Assembly: GCA_964016885.1 (NCBI GenBank)
Contig: OZ024741.1
Span: 361,708,001 to 361,772,000, forward strand
DNA length: 64,000 nucleotides
Direction: 5' to 3'
Origin: Eledone cirrhosa
Taxonomy: Eukaryota
This document shows, piece after piece, positions 27,501 to 40,600 of this stretch; the first letter of the stretch is position 1; every line of letters starts with the position of its first letter. The notes beneath the pieces were generated by a model. The model was not told the origin of the DNA and ran no database searches. It was given only the letters and a program-made list of their open reading frames with translations. Both the position numbers and the translations under genes were made by a program.

Positions 27501-30500
27501 TTATGATGTTTCTCATCCCTAGATACCTAAAGCATGTGTTTATGATGTCTCTCTTCCCTAGATACCAGAAGCTTATGTTTATGATGTCTCTCTTCCTTAG
27601 ATACCAGAAGCATGTGTTTATGACGTCTCTCTTTCCTAGATACCAGAAGCATGTGTTTATGATGTCTCTCTTCCCTAGATATCACAAGCATGTGTTTATG
27701 ATGTTTCTCATCCCTAGATACCTAAAGAATATGTTTATGATGTCTCTCTTCCCTAGATACCTAAAGCATGTGTTTATGATGTCTCTCTTCCCTAGATACC
27801 AGAAGCACGTATTTATGATGTCTCTCTTCCCTAGATACCAGAAGCATGTGTTTATGATGTCTCTCTTCCCTAGATACCTAAAGCATGTGTTTATGATGTC
27901 TCTCTTCCCTAGATACCTAAAGCATGTGTTTATGATGTCTCTCTTCCCTAGATACCAGAAGCATGTATTTATGATTTTTCTCGTCCCTACATACCTAAAG
28001 CATGTGTTTATGATGTCTCTCTTCCCTAGATACCAGAAGCATGTGTTTATGATGTCTCTCTTCCCTAGATACCAGAAGCACGTGTTTATGATGTCTCTCT
28101 TCCCTAGATACCTAAAGCATGTGTTTATGATGTTTCTCTTCCCTAGATACCTAAAGCATGTGTTTATGATGTCTCTCTTCCCTAGATACCAGAAGCATGT
28201 GTTTATGATGTCTCTCTTCCCTAGATTCCAGAATCATGTGTTTATTATGTCTCTTATCCCTAGATACCAGAAGCATGTGTTTATGATGTCTCTCTTCCCT
28301 AGATACCAGAAGCATGTGTTTATGATGCCTCTCTTCCCTAGATACTTAAAGCATGTGTTTACGATGTTTCTCTTCCCTAGATACCTAAAGCATGTGTTTA
28401 TGATGTCTCTCTTCCCTAGATACCACAATCATATGTTTATGATGTTTCTCTTCCCTAGATACCCGAAGCATGTGTTTATCATGTCTCTCTTCCCTAGATA
28501 CTTGAAGCATGTGTTTATGATGTTTCCCTTCCCTAGATACCTAAAGCATGTGTTTATGATGTCTCTCTTCCCTAGATACCAGAAGCATGTGTTTATGATG
28601 ACTCTCTTCCCTAGATACCACAAGCATGTGTTTATGATGTTTCTCTTCCCTAGATACCAGAATCATTGTGTTTATGATGTTTCTCATCCCTAGATACCTA
28701 AAGCATCTGTTTATGATGTCTCTTTTCCCTAGATACCAGAAGCATGTCTTTATGATGTCTCTCTTCCCTAGATACCAGAAGCATGTGTTTATGATGTCTC
28801 TCTTCCCTACATACCAGAAGCATGTGTTTATGATGTCTCTCTTCCCTAGATACCAGAAGCATGTTTTTATGATGTTTCTCAGCCCTAGATACCTAAAGCA
28901 TGTGTTTATGATGTCTCTCTTCCCTAGATACCAGAAGCATGTGTTTATGATGTCTCTCTTCCCTAGATACCAGAAGGATGTGTTTATGATGTCTCTCTTC
29001 CCTAACTACCAGAAGCATGTGTTTATGATGTCTCTCTTCCCCAGATACCAGAAGCATGTGTTTATGATGTCTCTCTTCCCTAGATACCTAAAGCATCTCT
29101 TTATGATGTTTCTCTTCCCTAGATACCTAAAGCATGTCTTTATGATGTTTCTCTTCCCTAGACAGCTAAAGCATGTCTCTATGACGTCTCTTTTTTCCCT
29201 AAATACCAGAAGCATGTGTTTATGATGTCTCTCTTCCCTAGATACTTAAAGCATGTGTTTATGATGTTTCTCTTCCCTAGATACCTAAAGCATGTGTTTA
29301 TGCTGTCTCTCTTCCCTAGATACCAGAAGCATGTGTTTATGATGTCTCTCTTCCCTAGATACCTGAAGCATGTGTTTATGATGTTTCTCTTCCCTAGATA
29401 GCAGAAGCATGTGTTTATGATGTTTCTCATCCCTAGATACCTAAAGCATGTCTTTATGATGTCTCTCTTCCCTAGATACCAGACGCATGTGTTTATGATG
29501 TCTCTCTTCCCTACATACCAGAAGCATGTGTTTATGATGTCTCTCTTCCCTAGATACCAGAAGCATGTGTTTATGATGTTTCTCAGCCCTAGATACCAGA
29601 AGCATGTGTTTATGATGTCTCTCTTCCCTAGATACCAGAAGCATGTGTCTATGAATTTTCTCGTCCCTAGATATCTAAAGCATGTGTTTATGATGTCTCT
29701 CTTCCCTAGTTACCACAAGCATGTGTTTATGATGTCTCTCTTCCCTAGATACCAGAAGCATGTTTTTATGATATTTCTCGTCCCTAGATACCCAAAGCAT
29801 GTGTTTATGATGTCTCTCTTCCCTAGGTACCAGAAGCATGTGTTTATGATGTCTCTCTTCCCTAGATACCTAAAGAATGTCTTTATGATGTTTCTCTTCC
29901 CTAGACAGCTAAAGCATGTGTTTATGATGTCTCTCTTCCCTAGATACCTAAAGCATGTGTTTATGATGTCTCTCTTCCCTAGATACCAGAAGCATGTGTT
30001 TATGATGTCTCTCTTCCCTAGATACCACAAGCATGTGTTTATGATGTCTCTCTTCCCTAGATACCACAAGCATGTGTTTATGATATCTCTCTTCCCTAGA
30101 TACCAGAAGCATGTGTTTATGATGTTTCTCATCCCTAGATACCACAAGCATGTGTTTATGATGTCCCTCTTCCCTAGATACCTAAAGCATGTCTTTATGA
30201 TGTTTCTCTTCCCTAGACACCTAAAGCATGTGTTTATGATGTCTCTCTTCCTTTGATACATGGAGCATGTGTTTATGATGTCTCTCTTCCCTTGATACAT
30301 GGAGAATGTGTTTATGATGTCTCTCTTCCCTAGATACCTAAAGCATGTGTTTATGATGTCTCTCTTCCCTAGATACCAGAAGCACGTATTTATGATGTCT
30401 CTCTTCCCTAGATACCAGAAGCATGTGTTTATGATGTCTCTCTTCCCTACATACCAGAAGCATGTGTTTATGATGTCTCTCTTCTCTAGATACCAGAAGC

Positions 30501-33500
30501 ATGTGTTTATGATGTTTCTCATCCCTAGATAACTAAAGCATGTGTTTATGATGTCTCTCTTCCCTAGATACCAGAAGCTTATGTTTATGATGTCTCTCTT
30601 CCTTAGATACCAGAAGCATGTGTTTATGACGTCTCTCTTTCCTAGATACCAGAAGCATGTGTTTATGATGTCTCTCTTCCCTAGATATCACAAGCATGTG
30701 TTTATGATGTTTCTCATCCCTAGATACCTAAAGAATATGTTTATGATGTCTCTCTTCCCTAGATACCTAAAGCATGTGTTTATGATGTCTCTCTTCCCTA
30801 GATACCAGAAGCACGTATTTATGATGTCTCTCTTCCCTAGATACCAGAAGCATGTGTTTATGATGTCTCTCTTCCCTAGATACCTAAAGCATGTGTTTAT
30901 GATGTCTCTCTTCCCTAGATACCTAAAGCATGTGTTTATGATGTCTCTCTTCCCTAGATACCAGAAGCATGTATTTATGATTTTTCTCGTCCCTACATAC
31001 CTAAAGCATGTGTTTATGATGTCTCTCTTCCCTAGATACCAGAAGCATGTGTTTATGATGTCTCTCTTCCCTAGATACCAGAAGCACGTGTTTATGATGT
31101 CTCTCTTCCCTAGATACCTAAAGCATGTGTTTATGATGTTTCTCTTCCCTAGATACCTAAAGCATGTGTTTATGATGTCTCTCTTCCCTAGATACCAGAA
31201 GCATGTGTTTATGATGTCTCTCTTCCCTAGATTCCAGAATCATGTGTTTATTATGTCTCTTATCCCTAGATAACAGAAGCATGTGTTTATGATGTCTCTC
31301 TTCCCTAGATACCAGAAGCATGTGTTTATGATGCCTCTCTTCCCTAGATACTTAAAGCATGTGTTTATGATGTTTCTCTTCCCTAGATACCTAAAGCATG
31401 TGTTTATGATGTCTCTCTTCCCTAGATACCACAATCATATGTTTATGATGTTTCTCTTCCCTAGATACCCGAAGCATGTGTTTATCATGTCTCTCTTCCC
31501 TAGATACTTGAAGCATGTGTTTATGATGTTTCCCTTCCCTAGATACCTAAAGCATGTGTTTATGATGTCTCTCTTCCCTAGATACCAGAAGCATGTGTTT
31601 ATGATGACTCTCTTCCCTAGATACCACAAGCATGTGTTTATGATGTTTCTCTTCCCTAGATACCAGAATCATTGTGTTTATGATGTTTCTCATCCCTAGA
31701 TACCTAAAGCATCTGTTTATGATGTCTCTTTTCCCTAGATACCAGAAGCATGTCTTTATGATGTCTCTCTTCCCTAGATACCAGAAGCATGTGTTTATGA
31801 TGTCTCTCTTCCCTACATACCAGAAGCATGTGTTTATGATGTCTCTCTTCCCTAGATACCAGAAGCATGTTTTTATGATGTTTCTCAGCCCTAGATACCT
31901 AAAGCATGTGTTTATGATGTCTCTCTTCCCTAGATACCAGAAGCATGTGTTTATGATGTCTCTCTTCCCTAGATACCAGAAGGATGTGTTTATGATGTCT
32001 CTCTTCCCTAACTACCAGAAGCATGTGTTTATGATGTCTCTCTTCCCCAGATACCAGAAGCATGTGTTTATGATGTCTCTCTTCCCTAGATACCTAAAGC
32101 ATCTCTTTATGATGTTTCTCTTCCCTAGATACCTAAAGCATGTCTTTATGATGTTTCTCTTCCCTAGACAGCTAAAGCATGTCTCTATGACGTCTCTTTT
32201 TTCCCTAAATACCAGAAGCATGTGTTTATGATGTCTCTCTTCCCTAGATACTTAAAGCATGTGTTTATGATGTTTCTCTTCCCTAGATACCTAAAGCATG
32301 TGGTTATGCTGTCTCTCTTCCCTAGATACCAGAAGCATGTGTTTATGATGTCTCTCTTCCCTAGATACCTGAAGCATGTGTTTATGATGTTTCTCTTCCC
32401 TAGATAGCAGAAGCATGTGTTTATGATGTTTCTCATCCCTAGATACCTAAAGCATGTGTTTATGATGTCTCTCTTCCCTAGATACCAGAAGCATGTCTTT
32501 ATGATGTCTCTCTTCCCTAGATACCAGACGCATGTGTTTATGATGTCTCTCTTCCCTACATACCAGAAGCATGTGTTTATGATGTCTCTCTTCCCTAGGT
32601 ACCAGAAGCATGTGTTTATGATGTCTCTCTTCCCTAGATACCAGAAGCATGTGTCTATGAATTTTCTCGTCCCTAGATATCTAAAGCATGTGTTTATGAT
32701 GTCTCTCTTCCCTAGTTACTACAAGCATGTGTTTATGATGTCTCTCTTCCCTAGATACCAGAAGCATGTTTTTATGATATTTCTCGTCCCTAGATACCCA
32801 AAGCATGTGTTTATGATGTCTCTCTTCCCTAGGTACCAGAAGCATGTGTTTATGATGTCTCTCTTCCCTAGATACCTAAAGAATGTCTTTATGATGTTTC
32901 TCTTCCCTAGATAGCTAAAGCATGTGTTTATGATGTCTCTCTTCCCTAGATACCACAAGCATGTGTTTATGATGTCTCTCTTCCCTAGATACCACAAGCA
33001 TGTGTTTATGATATCTCTCTTCCCTAGATACCAGAAGCATGTGTTTATGATGTTTCTCATCCCTAGATACCACAAGCATGTGTTTATGATGTCCCTCTTC
33101 CCTAGATACCTAAAGCATGTCTTTATGATGTTTCTCTTCCCTAGACACCTAAAGCATGTGTTTATGATGTCTCTCTTCCATTGATACATGGAGCATGTGT
33201 TTATGATGTCTCTCTTCCCTTCATACATGGAGAATGTGTTTATGATGTCTCTCTTCCCTAGATACCTAAAGCATGTGTTTATGATGTCTCTCTTCCCTAG
33301 ATACCAGAAGCACGTATTTATGATGTCTCTCTTCCCTAGATACCAGAAGCATGTGTTTATGATGTCTATCTTCCCTACATACCAGCAGCATGTGTTTATG
33401 ATGTCTCTCTTCTCTAGATACCAGAAGCATGTGTTTATGATGTTTCTCATCCCTAGATACCTAAAGCATGTGTTTATGATGTCTCTCTTCCCTAGATACC

Positions 33501-34600
33501 AGAAGCATATGTTTATGATGTCTCTCTTCCCTAGATACCAGAAGCATCAGTTTATGACGTCTCTCTTTCCTAGATACCAGAAGCATGTGTTTATGATGTC
33601 TCTCTTCCCTAGATATCACAAGCATGTGTTTATGATGTTTCTCATCCATAGATACCTAAAGAATGTGTTTATGATGTCTCTCTTCCCTAGATACCTGAAA
33701 CATGTGTTTATGATGTTTCTCATCGCTAGATACCTAAAGCATGTGTTTATGATGTCTCTCTTCCCTGGATACCAGAAGCATGTGTTTATGATGTCTCCCT
33801 TCCCTAGATACCAGAAGCATGTGTTTGTGATGTCTCTCTTCCCTAGATACCAGAAGCATATGTTTATGATGTCTCTCTTCCCTAGATACCAGAAGCATGT
33901 GTTTATGATGTCTCCCTTTCCTAGATACCAGAAGCATGTGTTTATGATATCTCTCTTCCCTAGATATCACAAGCATGTGTTTATGATGTTTATCATCCCT
34001 GGATATCTAAAGCATGTCTTTATGATGTCTCTCTTCCCTAGATACCTAAAGCATGTGTTTATGATGTCTCCCTTCCCTAGATACCAGAAGCATGTGTTTA
34101 TGATGTCTCTCTTCCCTAGATACCAGAAGCATATGTTTATGATGTCTCTCTTCCCTAGATACCAGAAGCATGTGTTTATGATGTCTCTCTTTCCTAGATA
34201 CCAGAAGCATGTGTTTATGATATCTCTCTTCCCTAGATATCACAAGCATGTGTTTATGATGTCTCTCTTCCTCCGATACCAGAAGCATGTGTTTATGATG
34301 TCTCTCTTCCCTAGATACCAGAAGCATGTGTTTATGATGTCTCTCATCCCTAGAAACCAGAAGCATGTGTTTATGATGTCTCTCTTCCCTAGATACCAGA
34401 AGCATGTGTTTATGATGTCTCTCTTCCCTAGATACCTAAAGCATGTGTTTATGATGTCTCTCTTCCCTAGATACCTAAAGCATGTGTTTATGATGTCTCT
34501 CTTCCCTAGATACCAGAAGCATGTATTTATGATTTTTCTCGTCCCTACATACCTAAAGCATGTGTTTATGATGTCTCTCTTCCCTAGATACCAGAAGCAT
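13230..34600. repeat. About 9.5-kb higher-order duplication: about 13,230-22,070 recopied at about 22,760-34,600 (second copy contains the later 3,006-bp duplication)
   Basis: ORF offsets are 9,493 (14056/23549, 14725/24218, 15067/24560, 15896/25389), then 9,530 (17763/27293, 19138/28668, 19686/29216), then 12,537 after the internal duplication (20651/33188). Confidence 0.85.
26440..32451. repeat. Tandem duplication of 3,006 bp (77 monomers): about 26,440-29,445 and about 29,446-32,451
   Basis: ORF offsets 26704/29710, 27293/30299, 28668/31674 and 29216/32222 are all 3,006. Private CCTTTGATACATGG lies at about 27,244/30,250 and TTTATTATGTCTCTTATCC at about 28,241/31,247. Confidence 0.92.
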
Positions 34601-37600
34601 GTGTTTATGATGTCTATCTTCCCTAGATACCAGAAGCACGTGTTTATGATGTCTCTCTTCCCTAGATACCTAAAGCATGTGTTTATGATGTTTCTCTTCC
34701 CTAGATACCTAAAGCATGTGTTTATGATGTCTCTCTTCCCTAGATACCAGAAGCATGTGTTTATGATGTCTCTCTTCCCTAGATACAACAAGCATGTGTT
34801 TATGATGTCTCTCTCTTCCCTAAATACCAGAAGCATGTGTTTATGATGTCTCTCTTCCCTAGATACCAGAATCCTGTGTGTATGATGTCTCTTTTCCCTA
34901 GATACCAGAAGCATGTGTTTATGATATCTCTCTTCCCTAGATACCACAAGCATGTGTTTATGATGTTTCTCTTCCCTAGATACCCGAATCATGTGTTTAT
35001 GATGTCTCTCTTCCCTAGATACTTAAAGCATGTGTTTATGATGTTTCTCTTCTTTAAATACCTAAAGCATGTGTTTATGATGTCTCTCTTCCCTAGATAC
35101 CAGAAGCATGTGTTTATGATGTCTCTCTTCCCTAGATACCACAAGCATGTGTTTATGATGTTTCTCTTCCCTAGATACCAGAAGCATGTGTTTATGATGT
35201 TTCTCATCCCTAGATACCTAAAGCATGTGTTTATGACGTCTCTCTTCCCTAGATACCAGAAGCATGTCTTTATGATGTCTCTCTTCCCTAGATACCAGAC
35301 GCATGTGTTTATGATGTCTCTCTTACCTACATACCAGAAGCATGTGTTTATGATGTCTCTCTTCCCTAGATACCAGAAGCATGTGTTTATAATGTCTCTC
35401 TTCCCTAGATACCACAAGCATGTGTTTATGATGTTTCTCTTCCCTAGATACCCGAAGCATGTGTTTATGATGTCTCTCTTCCCTAGATACTTAAAGCATG
35501 TTTTTATGATGTTTCTCTTCCCTAGATACCTAAAGCATGTGTTTATGATGTCACTCTTCCCTAGATACCAGAAGCATGTGTTTATGATGTCTCTCTTCCC
35601 TACATACCAGAAGCATGTGTTTATGATGTCTCTCTTCTCTAGATACCAGAAGCATGTGTTTATGATGTTTCTCATCCCTAGATACCTAAAGCATATGTTT
35701 ATGATGTCTCTCTTCCCTAGATACCAGAAGCTTATGTTTATGATGTCTCTCTTCCTTAGATACCAGAAGCATGTGTTTATGACGTCTCTCTTTCCTAGAT
35801 ACCAGAAGCATGTGTTTATGATGTCTCTCTTCCCTAGATATCACAAGCATGTGTTTATGATGTTTCTCATCCCTAGATACCTAAAGAATATGTTTATGAT
35901 GTCTCTCTTCCCTAGATACCTAAAGCATGTGTTTATGATGTCTCTCTTCCCTAGATACCAGAAGCACGTATTTATGATGTCTCTCTTCCCTAGATACCAG
36001 AAGCATGTGTTTATGATGTCTCTCTTCCCTAGATACCTAAAGCATGTGTTTATGATGTCTCTCTTCCCTAGATACCTAAAGCATGTGTTTATGATGTCTC
36101 TCTTCCCTAGATACCAGAAGCATGTATTTATGATTTTTCTCGTCCCTACATACCTAAAGCATGTGTTTATGATGTCTCTCTTCCCTAGATACCAGAAGCA
36201 TGTGTTTATGATGTCTCTCTTCCCTAGATACCAGAAGCACGTGTTTATGATGTCTCTCTTCCCTAGATACCTAAAGCATGTGTTTATGATGTTTCTCTTC
36301 CCTAGATACCTAAAGCATGTGTTTATGATGTCTCTCTTCCCTAGATACCAGAAGCATGTGTTTATGATGTCTCTCTTCCCTAGATTCCAGAATCATGTGT
36401 TTATGATGTCTCTTATCCCTAGATACCAGAAGCATGTGTTTATGATGTCTCTCTTCCCTAGATACCAGAAGCATGTGTTTATGATGCCTCTCTTCCCTAG
36501 ATACTTAAAGCATGTGTTTATGATGTTTCTCTTCCCTAGATACCTAAAGCATGTGTTTATGATGTCTCTCTTCCCTAGATACCACAATCATATGTTTATG
36601 ATGTTTCTCTTCCCTAGATACCCGAAGCATGTGTTTATCATGTCTCTCTTCCCTAGATACTTGAAGCATGTGTTTATGATGTTTCCCTTCCCTAGATACC
36701 TAAAGCATGTGTTTATGATGTCTCTCTTCCCTAGATACCACAAGCATGTGTTTATGATATCTCTCTTCCCTAGATACCAGAAGCATGTGTTTATGATGTT
36801 TCTCATCCCTAGATACCACAAGCATGTGTTTATGATGTCCCTCTTCCCTAGATACCTAAAGCATGTCTTTATGATGTTTCTCTTCCCTAGACACCTAAAG
36901 CATGTGTTTATGATGTCTCTCTTCCATTGATACATGGAGCATGTGTTTATGATGTCTCTCTTCCCTTCATACATGGAGAATGTGTTTATGATGTCTCTCT
37001 TCCCTAGATACCTAAAGCATGTGTTTATGATGTCTCTCTTCCCTAGATACCAGAAGCACGTATTTATGATGTCTCTCTTCCCTAGATACCAGAAGCATGT
37101 GTTTATGATGTCTATCTTCCCTACATACCAGCAGCATGTGTTTATGATGTCTCTCTTCTCTAGATACCAGAAGCATGTGTTTATGATGTTTCTCATCCCT
37201 AGATACCTAAAGCATGTGTTTATGATGTCTCTCTTCCCTAGATACCAGAAGCATATGTTTATGATGTCTCTCTTCCCTAGATACCAGAAGCATCAGTTTA
37301 TGACGTCTCTCTTTCCTAGATACCAGAAGCATGTGTTTATGATGTCTCTCTTCCCTAGATATCACAAGCATGTGTTTATGATGTTTCTCATCCATAGATA
37401 CCTAAAGAATGTGTTTATGATGTCTCTCTTCCCTAGATACCTGAAACATGTGTTTATGATGTTTCTCATCGCTAGATACCTAAAGCATGTGTTTATGATG
37501 TCTCTCTTCCCTGGATACCAGAAGCATGTGTTTATGATGTCTCCCTTCCCTAGATACCAGAAGCATGTGTTTGTGATGTCTCTCTTCCCTAGATACCAGA

Positions 37601-40600
37601 AGCATATGTTTATGATGTCTCTCTTCCCTAGATACCAGAAGCATGTGTTTATGATGTCTCCCTTTCCTAGATACCAGAAGCATGTGTTTATGATATCTCT
37701 CTTCCCTAGATATCACAAGCATGTGTTTATGATGTTTATCATCCCTGGATATCTAAAGCATGTCTTTATGATGTCTCTCTTCCCTAGATACCTAAAGCAT
37801 GTGTTTATGATGTCTCCCTTCCCTAGATACCAGAAGCATGTGTTTATGATGTCTCTCTTCCCTAGATACCAGAAGCATATGTTTATGATGTCTCTCTTCC
37901 CTAGATACCAGAAGCATGTGTTTATGATGTCTCTCTTTCCTAGATACCAGAAGCATGTGTTTATGATATCTCTCTTCCCTAGATATCACAAGCATGTGTT
38001 TATGATGTCTCTCTTCCTCCGATACCAGAAGCATGTGTTTATGATGTCTCTCTTCCCTAGATACCAGAAGCATGTGTTTATGATGTCTCTCATCCCTAGA
38101 AACCAGAAGCATGTGTTTATGATGTCTCTCTTCCCTAGATACCAGAAGCATGTGTTTATGATGTCTCTCTTCCCTAGATACCTAAAGCATGTGTTTATGA
38201 TGTCTCTCTTCCCTAGATACCTAAAGCATGTGTTTATGATGTCTCTCTTCCCTAGATACCAGAAGCATGTATTTATGATTTTTCTCGTCCCTACATACCT
38301 AAAGCATGTGTTTATGATGTCTCTCTTCCCTAGATACCAGAAGCATGTGTTTATGATGTCTATCTTCCCTAGATACCAGAAGCACGTGTTTATGATGTCT
38401 CTCTTCCCTAGATACCTAAAGCATGTGTTTATGATGTTTCTCTTCCCTAGATACCTAAAGCATGTGTTTATGATGTCTCTCTTCCCTAGATACCAGAAGC
38501 ATGTGTTTATGATGTCTCTCTTCCCTAGATACAACAAGCATGTGTTTATGATGTCTCTCTCTTCCCTAAATACCAGAAGCATGTGTTTATGATGTCTCTC
38601 TTCCCTAGATACCAGAATCCTGTGTGTATGATGTCTCTTTTCCCTAGATACCAGAAGCATGTGTTTATGATATCTCTCTTCCCTAGATACCACAAGCATG
38701 TGTTTATGATGTTTCTCTTCCCTAGATACCCGAATCATGTGTTTATGATGTCTCTCTTCCCTAGATACTTAAAGCATGTGTTTATGATGTTTCTCTTCTT
38801 TAAATACCTAAAGCATGTGTTTATGATGTCTCTCTTCCCTAGATACCAGAAGCATGTGTTTATGATGTCTCTCTTCCCTAGATACCACAAGCATGTGTTT
38901 ATGATGTTTCTCTTCCCTAGATACCAGAAGCATGTTTTTATGATGTTTCTCATCCCTAGATACCTAAAGCATGTGTTTATGACGTCTCTCTTCCCTAGAT
39001 ACCAGAAGCATGTCTTTATGATGTCTCTCTTCCCTAGATACCAGACGCATGTGTTTATGATGTCTCTCTTACCTACATACCAGAAGCATGTGTTTATGAT
39101 GTCTCTCTTCCCTAGATACCAGAAGCATGTGTTTATAATGTCTCTCTTCCCTAGATACCACAAGCATGTGTTTATGATGTTTCTCTTCCCTAGATACCCG
39201 AAGCATGTGTTTATGATGTCTCTCTTCCCTAGATACTTAAAGCATGTTTTTATGATGTTTCTCTTCCCTAGATACCTAAAGCATGTGTTTATGATGTCAC
39301 TCTTCCCTAGATACCAGAAGCATGTGTTTATGATGTCTCTCTTCCCTACATACCAGAAGCATGTGTTTATGATGTCTCTCTTCTCTAGATACCAGAAGCA
39401 TGTGTTTATGATGTTTCTCATCCCTAGATACCTAAAGCATGTGTTTATGATGTCTCTCTTCCCTAGATACCAGAAGCTTATGTTTATGATGTCTCTCTTC
39501 CTTAGATACCAGAAGCATGTGTTTATGACGTCTCTCTTTCCTAGATACCAGAAGCATGTGTTTATGATGTCTCTCTTCCCTAGATATCTCAAGCATGTGT
39601 TTATGATGTTTCTCATCCCTAGATACCTAAAGAATATGTTTATGATGTCTCTCTTCCCTAGATACCTAAAGCATGTGTTTATGATGTCTCTCTTCCCTAG
39701 ATACCAGAAGCACGTATTTATGATGTCTCTCTTCCCTAGATACCAGAAGCATGTGTTTATGATGTCTCTCTTCCCTAGATACCTAAAGCATGTGTTTATG
39801 ATGTCTCTCTTCCCTAGATACCTAAAGCATGTGTTTATGATGTCTCTCTTCCCTAGATACCAGAAGCATGTATTTATGATTTTTCTCGTCCCTACATACC
39901 TAAAGCATGTGTTTATGATGTCTCTCTTCCCTAGATACCAGAAGCATGTGTTTATGATGTCTCTCTTCCCTAGATACCAGAAGCACGTGTTTATGATGTC
40001 TCTCTTCCCTAGATACCTAAAGCATGTGTTTATGATGTTTCTCTTCCCTAGATACCTAAAGCATGTGTTTATGATGTCTCTCTTCCCTAGATACCAGAAG
40101 CATGTGTTTATGATGTCTCTCTTCCCTAGATTCCAGAATCATGTGTTTATGATGTCTCTTATCCCTAGATACCAGAAGCATGTGTTTATGATGTCTCTCT
40201 TCCCTAGATACCAGAAGCATGTGTTTATGATGCCTCTCTTCCCTAGATACTTAAAGCATGTGTTTATGATGTTTCTCTTCCCTAGATACCTAAAGCATGT
40301 GTTTATGATGTCTCTCTTCCCTAGATACCACAATCATATGTTTATGATGTTTCTCTTCCCTAGATACCCGAAGCATGTGTTTATCATGTCTCTCTTCCCT
40401 AGATACTTGAAGCATGTGTTTATGATGTTTCCCTTCCCTAGATACCTAAAGCATGTGTTTATGATGTCTCTCTTCCCTAGATACCAGAAGCATGTGTTTA
40501 TGATGACTCTCTTCCCTAGATACCACAAGCATGTGTTTATGATGTTTCTCTTCCCTAGATACCAGAATCATTGTGTTTATGATGTTTCTCATCCCTAGAT

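Noticed and set aside
33188-36930. TALE/PPR-like coded repeat protein with a variable residue (Q/L/H/P at monomer positions 26-28)
   Set aside because: The unit is only 13 aa, there are no N- or C-terminal domains, and frequent frameshifts and stops break the frame. DNA-level satellite variation explains the pattern.
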